Assembly (NCBI RefSeq): GCF_009914755.1
Contig: NC_060925.1
Reading direction: 5' to 3' (one strand)
DNA from: the human T2T-CHM13v2.0 reference genome, Homo sapiens
DNA length: 64,000 nt
Position numbers and translations under genes: made by a program. Positions 14,068-26,684 of the stretch are shown here, in pieces; position 1 is the first letter of the stretch, and each line of letters begins with the position of its first letter. The notes under the pieces were generated by a model that saw only the letters and a list, made by a program, of their open reading frames with translations, was not told the origin of the DNA and did no database searches.

Positions 14068-15029
14068 CCATTGATTCATTACAGAAGATAGGAGTTGTAG
14101 ATAGTTTTATTTTAAAATTGTAGTTAATTAGTAAAATTTGAAAATATATTTACTTTCCCATATTTGTTGAATCTTCAGATACACTTTTGCATGAAATTTT
14201 GGTAGAAGAAGGAAGACAAAAATTTGCTAAATTATCTTTTTGGTTCAAATGACATTTTTCATGGTTTCTGAAACATTTTAAATTGCTAAATTATGAACAT
14301 TTGAAAACTTGCCATTAGGTCTGAGTATTCTAGCTTTAATTTTAGATTTAGGAATTTTTAGCAGGGAGGGACTTAACATTTGCAGTCCCAAATCTGATTA
14401 CAGAGTATGTCTGTGCATTGCTCAATACCATTGTCCATTTGTGAAACCTAGGTATTCTAGGTATACAACAGTAACAGTTGTATTCAGATTAATGAGGTTT
14501 TTAAAATACAGTGTCCAAAGATGGTTACTGATAGAGCAACAGGACCCCCTGTTTACAAGGCTGAGCACATCTTTTAGAAAGAAAGGCTCTGGTAGAAACC
14601 AATCACCTCTGAACCAACACAATCATTTCTTAAATAGGTTAGTGTATTAATTTATAAATCGGAAGCCACATTCTTCTAGGCATTAAGACTGAAACTAGTT
14701 GGTAAGCTTATTCAGAACATGGAACAGAACAAATATGCACAACACTGGGCACATGATTGATTGATTATCAGAAAATGAACATTTTGGTTGAAGAACCATG
14801 AGACAAAACCTGCTCCTCCTTACTTAAGATCCAGACCAAATGCTACTCCACCAGGAAGAATATGTCTCCTGGGACCTGTCAGACCCACTCCCAAGAATGA
14901 CTCTGCCATGAGGCTGTAAGCTCCTCAAAGACATGAGACATGTTATACTCATCTTACATTTCCTGCCTGTCAAGATACCATACACATAATATACATATAT
15001 ACCTAATATGGGCATAATATTATTAAACA

Positions 15030-15270
15030 AATGAGTAATAATATTGCCCAATTCATAAGTGAGGAATCTGAGAGTCAGAGAGATTAACTAAATTTGGAAA
15101 TCATGCATCTAGACAAAGCTGGGAATTAAATTTGAACTCCACTCCAGGTAAAACCGCAGTTATTTTCACTATACTACACTTGAATCAGGGTTCCTGTGGC
15201 AATAAACAAATTAACACATGCAAAGTACATAGCACAGTAGTAGATGCCGAATAAATGTTGAAATAAATGT
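15030..15270. mobile_element. MIR fragments
   Basis: GTGAGGAATCTGAGAGTCAGAGAGATTAAC (- strand) and a MIR 3' tail (+ strand). Confidence 0.6.
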
Positions 15271-15849
15271 TGAAAAGGGTAAGATGTTACTTACACCTTT
15301 CACCTCTTACTTTGGTGCCAGGAATCCCACCATTGGAGATCTCTTGCTCTTCTCCTGAATGCCTTTTTTCTTAGAAGTCACTAATTTATTGTTGGTTGAG
15401 GGAGATGGAAAACAAGGCAAACATCCTAATAGAGTAATGGCTAATTTATGGTATTGACAATCAATTGGATTTATATGGACATTGTTATATGGACAATATC
15501 CAGTTTAAAATAACATGGACATCCATTAAATGATGACATTTTATGTTTTCTTTGAAAGCAGCTTAGTATTTTTTTCATACATTCGGCATATTTGCAGTAT
15601 TATCGCAATACTTTCAAAACTAAAAAAAAGTAGTGATTGAGAAAACACTAGATGGAAATGTTCACAGTATTTGTCTTTAGGTGATAAGAGCTGGGATGAT
15701 TTTTCACCATCTTTCTATTTTCCTATTTCAAAAAATAAGTGAGTCTTACTTGGATACACTAAGAGGATTTCACAATGGCTTTTATGTTGCATTTTCTGTT
15801 CCCTACCTGTCTGTGGCAGATGGACCATCTACTCCCCTTTATCAGTGCT

Positions 15850-16025
15850 TCCATATTGTGGTATTTATAGCCTTATATTGTACTTAGTTATTTCATATTG
15901 ACCTCCCCTCCCACCTGACTGTGAGTTTATTAAGAGCAGGGGTTGTCGAATTCCTCTGCATATCTCCAGCACCTGGGTAGTCCACAGGCCATAGCAGGCT
16001 CATAAATCTTTGTTAAATGAATGAT
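15850..16025 (+). mobile_element. L2 3' end
   Basis: GACTGTGAGTTTATTAAGAGCAGGG...TATCTCCAGCACCTGG...TAAATCTTTGTTAAATGAATG. Confidence 0.75.
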
Positions 16026-17559
16026 ATTTTTCATGACTTAATTAATAATTTGCCCCATGATTTCCAAGAACGGGAGAATAGGAAAATGCTGATATTCGTA
16101 TGTGTGTATTACAGCAGATTCAGAGCTTGCAAATATTGTACTATGTTTTCACATGTCTTACTTCGGTTTTGCACATTTACAAATTAGAAAATAAAACTAA
16201 AAATTAGGTTGAGCTTTTTTTCCTCCCACATCGCCTTTTCTGAGTAATGATGAATAGTGCTCAATATGTATGTTCTTCTAATATGAAATCTGCAAATTCT
16301 CTGAATAAAGGCAAAATGTATGGAAATTATATTAAACAGAATTTAAGTCTGTTTTCTTAAAATTAGAATGTATAATATTTAGTTTCATGAGCAGAACAAA
16401 TAATACAATTAGTGTTTATTCTCCGACTACTCTTTTACTAAAAAGCTCAGTTAAAAAATGCACGCAACACCAAAACATAGCGCTTCCCCGTCACTGTTCC
16501 AAGTTTCATATGTTAAACAAAGACAGGCCAACCTTAAACCTTTTGATAAATATGATGCTTGTGGTAACTGCAGCATTCACTTCGTATCCCATTTCTCCAA
16601 GTTCCTGTCAGCCAGATGTCACTTGCAATGCAAACACTAGAAAAATATGAAATAATAATTTCATACATCATCTATGTGTGCATGAGCCGGTCAAACATTC
16701 AATACAAATTCAAACTGCTACTACACACAGAGCAAATATCATCCAAATAATATTTAAAATGATTGAAAGGCTTTTGATTTGGAAGTGTATTCTCTTAAGC
16801 TAAGTGGTCCCCAAGACCATCTAGAAAATTCAATTGTTTCATTTTTAAAATGTTTTCTGCCCAAAATTATATCAAACCCTAATGTCTCAATAGAAACACA
16901 TGGGATTGGATTGCTGACTGGGCGCCTGATGTCAAAGAAAAAATCTAATTTCACAATGGCATTTCCTCATACTGTCTCACCAAAATACAAAATTGATAAA
17001 ATTTTAATGGATAATTTTCAGAAGCAGAATGTTAACCATTGGGAAAATATGAAGGGAAACTTAGCATTATAGTATAGGAGAAGCAAAGTGAAGGAATAAA
17101 TTGACTATAAATACAGATAAACAATGCTACATAAAAAAGTTCTTAAAAGCTTTTCTTATCGAAAACAGAATTTCGACTTTAAAAAGGCCCTTACTATAAT
17201 AGCAATATATATATATATATATGCTTTTTTGTTTCTGTGTCCATTTCTAAGTTTCTTTCCCCTAATCTTTTCTATTTTGTAAAATGATATGGGGAAAGGG
17301 AATCATACTGTAAGCTATACCATTAGATATACATTTGCACAGTGTTGATTTCTATTTTTGATGTTAGCTACAGAAGTGGGCATGTATACCCCTGGCTTCA
17401 ATTAAGAGATAAGACAGAATGGTACTACATTCAGGCCTGCTCCTTTGCACTGAGGTTCTGCATTTCCTCTTTCCCCTTGCTGTTTAGTGTGAATTTCCCT
17501 GCCTGTATGGAGGGAAGGAGTCCAGTTCCTTCGCACCCACCCGCCCCCTTCTTTTTAAG

Positions 17560-17790
17560 GAGAGAGCTCAGTGCTGTACAAGAGCAGGGTTTCAGAGCAG
17601 ACATTCATGTGCACAGTGTGACCTTCAGCATGTACCTTAACATCTTTGAGCCTCAGTGTTCCCATCCGTGAGATGGAAATAATAATTCCTACCTTATTGT
17701 ATTCTTGTGATATTTGGGAATAATGCTCATGAATCACAGCTGATACAATGCTTAACACAAATGAGCTACTCAAATATTACTTTATGATGA
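17560..17790 (+). mobile_element. MIR SINE
   Basis: GTGTGACCTT...TTTGAGCCTCAGTGTTCCCATCCGTGAGATGG. Confidence 0.75.
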
Positions 17791-18509
17791 TACTATTTTA
17801 TTTTTTGAGCTTCTCATACCTGCTGCCTTGGATTCTGCCTTCTTTTTAAGCTTTCCTGATCAATTTCATCACACAAGCTGGCAGCTATGGGCAGTGAGGG
17901 AAGGAAGGGGCAATCTCCTCACTAGACAGCCGTGCCAAGGTCACCCTGGTCCATCCATGAGGTAAGCCATGTGACAGCCAAACCACTGCAGGACCCTAAA
18001 AGTCACTATGTGACCTGGAGCCACAAACTCAAGGTGCTGGGGACACTCCAGAAAGGCAGATGCTGATCTCCTGCAAGAAGGGATCTTCTTCCTCAGAGAC
18101 ACTGAGGATGACCATCAATTTCCCTCACTTAACACCGCTTCTCGCATAAGATGCTGTACAGGGGACCTCACCATTAGTTCAAAGTTTTAGAGCAGAATCA
18201 ACTGTAACACAAATGTTCCTGTTTAAAAACGTGAGATCGAGTAACATGTTGAGCGTTTCTTCCCTCTGTTTTCCTTTTCTTTCTCTCTCAACCATCTTAT
18301 CCACTTCATTATGTTTTTATGTGAGGGCTGGCCCTGGTTCCTAAATAATCTTGGCAGTATATTCTTTCTTCTCTCCAGCCCCAATACAGGATTTTGGACC
18401 AGGTAGATCATTAATAAATAGTATTTAAAATTGAACTTAGCCCTTTTACTTAAGGTGGTTTATTTAGCTGACTAAAAACTGATCCTCTTTATTAGCTAGG
18501 ATGAGGGGA

Positions 18510-18950
18510 CTTTCTGGTATAGTTGCTAATATGTAGGATTTAGAGTCAAACAGAACGAGACTGTTATCCTAACTCTGACATTAGTTAACATCTTGGGCAA
18601 ATTTCTTAATGACTCTGAGTTTTCGTTTTCTCAATTATAAAATGGAAATAATAATTCCTATTTCTTAGGATTAGTATAAGTAGGATTGCCAGGTAATATA
18701 CAAGATACCTAGTTCAATATGAATTGCAGATAAATAATGATATTTTTCATACAAATATGTCCCAAATATTGTACAGAACACATTTACACTAAAAAATTAT
18801 TTATTGTTTATCTGAAGTTCACATTTAACTAGACACCCTATATTTTTATTTGCTAAGTATGGCAACCCTAATTATAAAGACTAAATGAAAAAATATACTG
18901 TAAAGCTACCAGCTTCATTCCCAGTAGGTAGTAGGATTCACTGAGTATTA
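18510..18950 (+). mobile_element. MIR SINE interrupted by MER53
   Basis: CTTGGGCAAATTTCTTAA...TTCTCAATTATAAAATGGAAATAATAAT, resuming after 18870. Confidence 0.7.
18681..18870. mobile_element. MER53 palindromic hAT MITE
   Basis: Termini TAGGATTGCCA...TGGCAACCCTA; central TATGTCCCAAATATTG; degenerate 8-bp TSD AGTATAAG/ATTATAAA. Confidence 0.9.
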
Positions 18951-20509
18951 TCATTTCCTTCTTCCCTTGTTGGGTTGTTGTGAGATTAAATGCCTGTCAC
19001 ATAGTACTAATTCAATAAATTTTAGTTTGCCTTTCCTCTCAAGGTTCAGCCTCAGAAGAATCTGTGCTCTGTGCCTAACATTGGAGAAAAAGCCTCAACC
19101 GCTTGTGACATTTATCTCTAGGCTTTACTCCTCATCTCTACTCCCCAGGGCCTGTTTGTAGCATGCAACAGAGAGTGTGGAGTGGCCTAGTTAAAAGGAC
19201 AAAGTAGACGGGACAGAGCTGTTAATACCGGTCCCCCTCAACTTAAGGCAACTTTATCTTTGAAAATCTGAACTTACTCTGGAAGCAGATGTCTGAAGGA
19301 GTGATTATTCCCGTGATTTTATAAAATGTTCCGTTACAAAAATTCTTTAAATTGTGAGCTCTCTAAAGAGTTCCAAAACAAAGTTTTAAAAAGGATTTGA
19401 TTTACAAAAACATAGACGTAAGATAACCTGTTCAGCAATAAATCTGTTACCTAAAGAGTGTGATAAAGGCGTTACTAACAGCTCTATAAAACTTGCTTCC
19501 AGAGGCACCACTCAGCCCCCAGGTCAGCTTTTCCGGACACTGTTATTCATCTGGCTAGAAAGGCTTTCAGCTGTGACTATTGCCAAAGGCCCTCCTGGGG
19601 TGGTGGCCAGGCATGAACTTGGCTGCCCACAAAAGATACAGGCAAGGGTTTTAAGGACATGTTTTCTTTCTTTCTTTTTTTTTTTTTTCTTACAAGTTAA
19701 GTGTTGTTGCTCTCTGAGAAGCCTGAGATAGTGCATAGGATATGATTCAACGGAAAGTTTTTGTATGAGAAAATGGCTCTTTCAAAGTGGGCTATCTGAG
19801 GATCAGCACATTTGGAGTCTGTCTGACCCACATTTCCAAAGCTACAGCTGGCTCCACTGGACTGGGGCATGTGACAAGCATCCTGGGAGAAGCTGTCCAA
19901 CATTGGGAAGGGAACACTTCCAAGTCTGGAGAATAGTTAGGGCTAAAACCTATGAATGTCTCTAGATTACACACTGGGTCTTTCCAGGGGAATGAAGGCT
20001 TTGGCTGACAGCAGAAAGCAGGTACTGTCCACTTTCTTAGGCTCACATTCTCATGTAAACAGGCCAGGCGGCCACATACTCTGCACCAGCTGCAGCTTCT
20101 GGGTGGTCCTGCTAGGAAGTTCCAAGTGGATTGCAGTGCAGTCATGTAGCTGGTGGTCACACAGCTAGAATAAGCATCTGTGGGAGACAGCAAAGGCATG
20201 TAGGCTCTCCACTCTCCAGTCTCGGGTGGAAAATCAAAGTAAAATCTGACTTCCCCGAGAAGTCTGTTCTCCAAAATTAAAAAATAAAATGGAACAAGAC
20301 AAAATCATAGAGTCAAAGAGTGGGTGGATTTTTCTGGCAGGCAATTCCTGATGTAAAGATTATTCAGTTCTGCTTCCCCGTTCCTCTTGGGAATATGGAA
20401 GTAGAGCCTTTGTAAATGCATGTTAATTTATCAGTGTTATTGCATACTAAGCTATGAATGACATTATGACACTTTTCAGCATCTCTCCTTAGGAAGGCAT
20501 AACAAGGGT

Positions 20510-20730
20510 ATTGCTGAGTTGGAATTCCCCCTCCACTACTTATTACCTGTTTGACAAGTTACTTAACCTCTCTGTGCCTGTTTTGTTATCTGTAAGTGAG
20601 AAATACTAGTAACTCCTTAAAAGGGTCGTTGTGAGAATATAAATGAATTAATATATATAAAAGTTTAGAACACTGTCCGGCATAGAGAGAGCCCTAAGCA
20701 AGGATTAACTGTAATTAATATAATGAAAAT
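20510..20730 (+). mobile_element. MIR SINE
   Basis: CAAGTTACTTAACCTCTCTGTGCCT...GGGTCGTTGTGAGAAT...TAAATGA. Confidence 0.85.
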
Positions 20731-21189
20731 GACATTAATGTTATGGACTATATTTGTATTGTGCTTTGTAGTTATAAAGCACTTCCACTTCTTTTTGGTG
20801 AATCTGTAGTTAAGGTGAAGTGGAGTAAGACTGAAGAATCTCTATTTTTCTTAATGAGGTAAGCGAGAAATAGGAGTAATCATACTATATGAGATTATCC
20901 CAGGTAGAAAGGGTGATGTATGTAACTCAAGAGTAGAAGAGGGAAATTCCATAAAGGAGATACTGAGGTGGTTGCTGGGTTGGAATTGAGAACCCAGGTA
21001 GAAGAGTAGTAGAATACAAGCAGTGTTCAGGGCTGTGGACAGCAAGGGGAATGGAAATGGATAGAAATCCAAAGAAATGTTTATAAGGAGTTTACAAATA
21101 AAAATCAGGAGTCTTAATATGGTTCAGCAGACAGCTAAGGTCTTAAAGGAGTATTTTGCAAATTGAAAACACTTAGTTTTCCTGGTTCT

Positions 21190-21380
21190 ACATTTTACCC
21201 CAAAGTCAATTACAGATGAAGGTCTAAGAGCTGAATATATTAAAAATTAGAGAACATAGAGTAACAAGAAGAGAAGAAAATTGAGAATTCATCAAACATT
21301 TGGGATAGGTTTAACTTTCTAAAATTAGAATCAATAGAAGAAAATTGATACATGGTGGCATTGAACAAGTACTTTTGAGT
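21190..21380 (+). mobile_element. Degenerate L1 (L1M) fragment
   Basis: A-rich, resembles late ORF2 region; weak match. Confidence 0.4.
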
Positions 21381-21501
21381 ATTCACATTTCCGTTTTGAT
21401 ACCCATAGACCAAATCAGGGAAACCCATTTCAGGTCACAAAGATATTACTTCCTACAGAGGATCTTGGCTTCTCAAGGTTCCATCTTTCCATCAAGACCA
21501 T

Positions 21502-22356
21502 TAGGTAGTGCTTTATAATCTGTGGGGCCCAGCACAAAGTGAAAATTTGGAGGCCTTTTTCGAAATGCAGGAAACAAGTGCTATTAAATGTACTAAATTA
21601 TAAAATGCTTTCCCGTCTTCTATGGTCTCTCTTCTGAATTGTCATGATTTCTTTTTTATTTTCTGTTTAATGTCATTCTAAATAAGAAAATAAACAAATG
21701 CAAAACAAACGCAAAATATTTCACATGTATATTCTATTAACACTCTACTTTTGGCTTACTAGTGAATAAGGATAGACTAAAAGGAAAAGGAACTATGGAT
21801 TGGCCTATCATCTCCTTTCATTCCACGTCGTCGTTTCCAGCATAAGTGATTGATTAATGCACAGAATTGACATGGGTAGAAAGGATCCGATAGAGTTCCT
21901 TAATTGTTTGTGTTTCTTAGAACTCCATGCCTTCTTTCTGTGGTCTGTTTTTGAAGCTAACCAGAATTCTCCTGGAATGAAAAGCATGGCCTCTAGAGGG
22001 TGTCAGTGCCCCCCTACCCCACCCCTTCCTCCCCAAATTACTGTCATAGATACAACACACTTAACTCTGTACTTGCTTTGAATCTCCCTTAACTCCCACA
22101 TCTTGTAGGTCCACCAGAACTGTAGGCTCACAGGGCATTGTGAATACTACATGCAAATAGGGCAGCAAGGAGAGATTGACACGCATGTTGTACGTATCTT
22201 CTCTGCTCATGCGCATGCCCCCTTTGGACTTTGCTTATAAAACACAAATTCAAAGATTAAATTATTAAGAATCTCAAAATGACAAGAGCAGAGAATTAAA
22301 ACAAGATTAAATTTCCTTGAGACTACACAGGTCTCATATTCATGAAGCTGGCTGTG
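21502..22356 (-). mobile_element. MER45B/C-like hAT-Tip100 element
   Basis: Both ends match MER45 termini: TATAATCTGTGGGGCCCAGCACAAAGTGAAAAT and ATTATTAAGAATCTCAAAATGAC...CACAGGTC...CATGAAGCTGGCTGTG. Confidence 0.8.
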
Positions 22357-22858
22357 ATCCCCAGTAAAGTTCCATTTTGACTGTCTCAGTTGCAGTCATT
22401 GTACTCTCTTTGAAACACTTTTAGTACTTATTGTCCAAACAACTGTTTTATGATAGTTTCTATCTTTTAAGCCTATAGTGTTCTCTTTGGACTCATCCAA
22501 ATCCCCTGGAAAGGAACAGCTGTCTTTTACAGCATTTTGCATCTTTTATAACACTTTGCATCTTCAGTGGATTGTAGAGGGTCCTGTGCATACAGCAGGT
22601 GCTTATTGTGATTATGGATGATACTGAGCACCCCAGGGGCATGATCTGAGTCATGGAACCCCTGAAACTATAAGTTAGTAATATTTGTTAGTCTCCTCCT
22701 ACTTGCTAAATCCCTCTTTATCAACTAACAAGGGGGTAAAGTACCCTGTCTATTACTTGTGAAATTCCTTTTTAACCTTTCATATATTAAAGTGTTGCCA
22801 AAATCCACTTTTTTTGTATGAGTAAAACTTCTGGCTCTTGCCTAGTAGTCCCTAGACA

Positions 22859-22872
22859 CTAGCAGAGGGCAT
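22859..22872 (+). promoter_or_regulatory. CTCF-like motif
   Basis: CTAGCAGAGGGCAT vs consensus CCASYAGRKGGCRS. Confidence 0.4.
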
Positions 22873-25800
22873 GGTGACAGGAGAGCTGGGAGTGTGCACG
22901 TCACCATACTGTCTCAGTCAAAATTGAAGGATGTATCTACCATTTCCAAGTATTCTTACCATGGAGCAGCAGCACAGGCATCCATAGCCAGGGATTCTGG
23001 ACACTGAAATCTTTGTGTGTATGGTATGCAAATTCTATATATACAAACACTTAGTCTTCACTGGAGATTAGAGAGATGGCAAAGTGACTTTAGAGCATAC
23101 AGACATGGGCCAGCTCACAGTGGTGAAAATAAGACATTCTAAATTGAGGCAAAAATGTGTGAGGCAAAATGTGTAGCACATTACCTACTCTCCCCTCTCC
23201 AAACCTGGGGACTGTGGCAAGCCCTACAGTAATGGAGTAGGATGGTACTGGGGAAAGACTCTGTGGGTATAAGTTGATTGTATTTCTGATAGTTGCCCAG
23301 AGTGGCCCCCAAAAGTGGAGAGTCCAGAAGGTTTGCAGTTCTCATTCTAGGACCTGGAATCTATGTAGCAATAAGGATAAGAGCTAGGGAAGCCAAAATG
23401 TCTACCTAGACCAAGGATCTGAGAACAGGGACAGACATAGGAAACCAAACCAAGGAGGTTATATAAATGCAGGCCTACTCTAGACTGGAGGAGATAGCAA
23501 ATGGAATGACACAGGAGCAGATAGCTTAGGACAACTATCAGTGAGTAAGTAGTGGTTCAGCTGAACTTAAAGGCACAGAATCTGATCACCTAGACACATG
23601 ATCAAAGATAAATCAGTGTGATCACTGTCATTTTGCTGAGACAGCACACCTCATGAGATAGGCAGTGTTTAAAAAAAGGGTGGGAGAAAGTCAGGGAATG
23701 CTATGCCTGTACTTACGTCCCAGTGAGTATAAGAGGAGGAGAGCCAAAGTTTTTCAGGGAGGATGTAAAAATATGTTCAGTGAAGGAAAGTCGAGTGTAT
23801 CTGGAAAAAGAAAAGGGAAGGAATGATGGAAAGAAGAAAGAAGGAAAGTGATTATATTTGTGAAAGCTCCTTGCTTTGCACAAAGCCTGATGCATAGTAG
23901 TGATGTTATTTGAAGTAAGCTGAAGATTAGAGAAATTAGAAAGGAAGAAAATAAGCTATAAGCTGTGATTTAGTTTGGATGGGTATAATTTTTCTCTTCA
24001 ACCCTGGCTTCTAAAAATGTCATAATTTACCCCATGATGAGAAACTTAAAAGATAAACACTTAATTGAAATAGGCTGACACGTCTCCTAAGGGTACTCAT
24101 CTTAGGACTAGGAAGAAGAGAAAGAAGGAAAGATGGAGAATAAAGGAGAAGAAAATTGATAGCTCACTAATCTATTTCCAATCAAAAACAGCTTGAGTTG
24201 CTCAGAGGGGAGCCTCTGTGGTGTGGTTGCCAAACAAAACATAGAGAAGTTGACTTGCTATGATCCACAGAGACGGCTAGTTCTGAAAGGCCGGCTCACA
24301 AAGGCAAAAAAGATCTTCTTAATAAAGCCTCTCCAAGGGGCCATGGTTTCTGTGTTCATCAAGAATCCCTGAAATCCTAGAAATTTGGAGGTAGTCAGAA
24401 TTGATTTAATCCTTTTTACTATAAATCTCATTTCTGAAAATGATTAACAGAGGCAGAGACATAAATGGTAAAGTCTCGATCAGGGGAAATGCTGTCAGCG
24501 TATCATCTAGATAGATTAGAAAATGAACGCTCAGGTTTCTGTGAAGGAAGACTAATGACATTAAGTCAAGATGAAATAGAAAGGAGCATTGCACAGCCTC
24601 CAAAATCATAAACCATGAGCTCGCCGTGACAGAAGACCCTCAGCCATGTTCTGAACTGGAAAATCATCAGGAGTTCAGTCTGAGAGTATTTTCTTAGGCC
24701 TCATTTGGAGCCCCTGGCTTTTTGGGGTGTGTCTTGAAGTTCTTGGAATTGCTTTGCGAAGGTTCTGACATTTGTATAAAAGTCAGATCCTTCTGCCTAC
24801 AACTTTCAGTGTAATCAATTGCGCCCTCAGAAAAAAAAAAATGAGGGTTTGGCTCACTAAAACAATAAATAAACATTTAAGATACTTCTACACTGTGCAA
24901 CCATCTGATTTTCAAAGTGTCACAATTCTGATGCCTTTCAGAAATTAGACAGAGCTATTGCCCTGAAATCAGTGGTGGCTGAGACCAACGTCCTTTGTTT
25001 AAGTTAAGATCAAATCATGAAGCAAGTATATAAATTTCTGCCAAATAAAGCTAAAGCAGACATTCTGCTCTGTTTAGTAGAGAGAACAATCCTGTAAATC
25101 TGCTTCACATGTGGTGTATCACTTGATTACTTAAACTGTGTCTCCGTTGGAACCACAGCTAAATATCTGTTTGCTGGAGTTTCTCTGCGATTTGATAAAA
25201 TAAATCTATGCTGTTCTAATACAGTCTTTTTAAGTTGTCCCACCTTCCTTCAGGGAAACACAATGACCAATTGGAAATGACTGTGATCATCTAAACAGTG
25301 GGAGGCCCTGCAAACTAACTGCAAGTCGTTCTTATGCAGGGAGCATTGGAATCACTGACATTTGATGTTAAGGCACTGGCCCTATGGCTAGGCCAGAAAT
25401 GGTCTCCAAGCTTCCTAACACACCACTGATTTTTATGAGAAACAGGCCTATAAACCTAAAATTCAAGGTAAATTTTTATCCAATTTCAGAGTAGAAATGG
25501 TTATGTTAAAAGTAATTTCCCAACCCCTCCTCCATCCAATTATGGCTACAACATTAGAAGATAAAAATAGACTATTCTTCATCTCAAATTTTCAAAAAGT
25601 GCAGTATTCAATAGATAGATGGGTAGTTAGGTGGGTAGGTAGATACTTACTCTTCAATTCTAATGTTTCTGACTTAAAATTTTAAGGTCATTGTCTCCCT
25701 TCTGACACCTCTTACTACATCAACATCCCATTATATCATTATAGACTCATGAAGCAATGTACTTTTACATTTTGCAGGATAATGACTCTTTTGTATTTCA

Positions 25801-26684
25801 GTTTTTATCATAATATAAATCTTGAATTGCAATTTGCATATCTTTTGTTTAGAAAAAGAGACCCCTATTTAAGACTTTGTCATTTTAATACATAGGCTTT
25901 AAAGTGGCTTTTTTTTTTTAAAGAAATGCACCAAAATATTCCAATTTATTCTTCGCGTGAATCTGATTCTAACTCTGCTGCTGCATCAATAAATTAGCAA
26001 ATGTCCTGAACAATACATTTCCAACAATGATGGCTCAACGGCTTAGTCCTCTGTGCCAGTATGCTCTTTGCCTGTTAGAAGTCCAACCATAAATTTGTAA
26101 TGACAGTTTGGACTAGACCATCAGACTGATATCAGACTAATGTGTATACACACACACATATATGTATATATATTTGTCTATTTTTTATGAAGAGTATACT
26201 ATGTATGCATATTTATATATGTTTACATGTATATATGTATGTAGAGATATTTATTTATTTCATATGAAGAGTGCACTGTTCATCAGCCTTTTTTGCTTTC
26301 TGTCTTTTTATTTTTTCTTCCCCATGGTAAGACTATCTCCACAAAGCAGTTTGGGAAATTAGCCACTGTGGCAGAACTTGGGGTGACCTGAGAGAGCCTT
26401 TAAGAGACAAGCAAGGCACGGGGCAGCTTCTTGGCCACCTCCACACAGCATGGGGGAGCAGGCAGAGTGCTGAAGCGTCTGGCATGCCCAATGCTACCAC
26501 AGTGCCTAGTATATAGAAGGTGCTTACCAAATATCTGTTAAATAAATGTATGCATGAAATAATGAAATGGGCTATAGGACTCTTCTCGCTCTCTCTCCAC
26601 CTCTGTCACCAACTTATAGGGCTGATTCAGTAGCTACCACTCTCAGGGACTGCAAGATATCTGACCCTTTCCCCTGAGTGGCCC

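Noticed and set aside
15250-15273. Small tandem duplications (also 23146-23174, 32759-32778, 41711-41731)
   Set aside because: Ordinary replication-slippage duplications of 9-15 bp.
19792-20274. Longest ORF (160 aa, minus strand)
   Set aside because: Non-ATG start, no recognisable domain or convincing splice boundaries; the length is plausible by chance over six frames of 64 kb.
24470-24520. Short resemblance to CR1/L3 ORF2 (GATCAGGGGAAATGCTGT...TCTAGAT)
   Set aside because: Too short and not extendable by eye.
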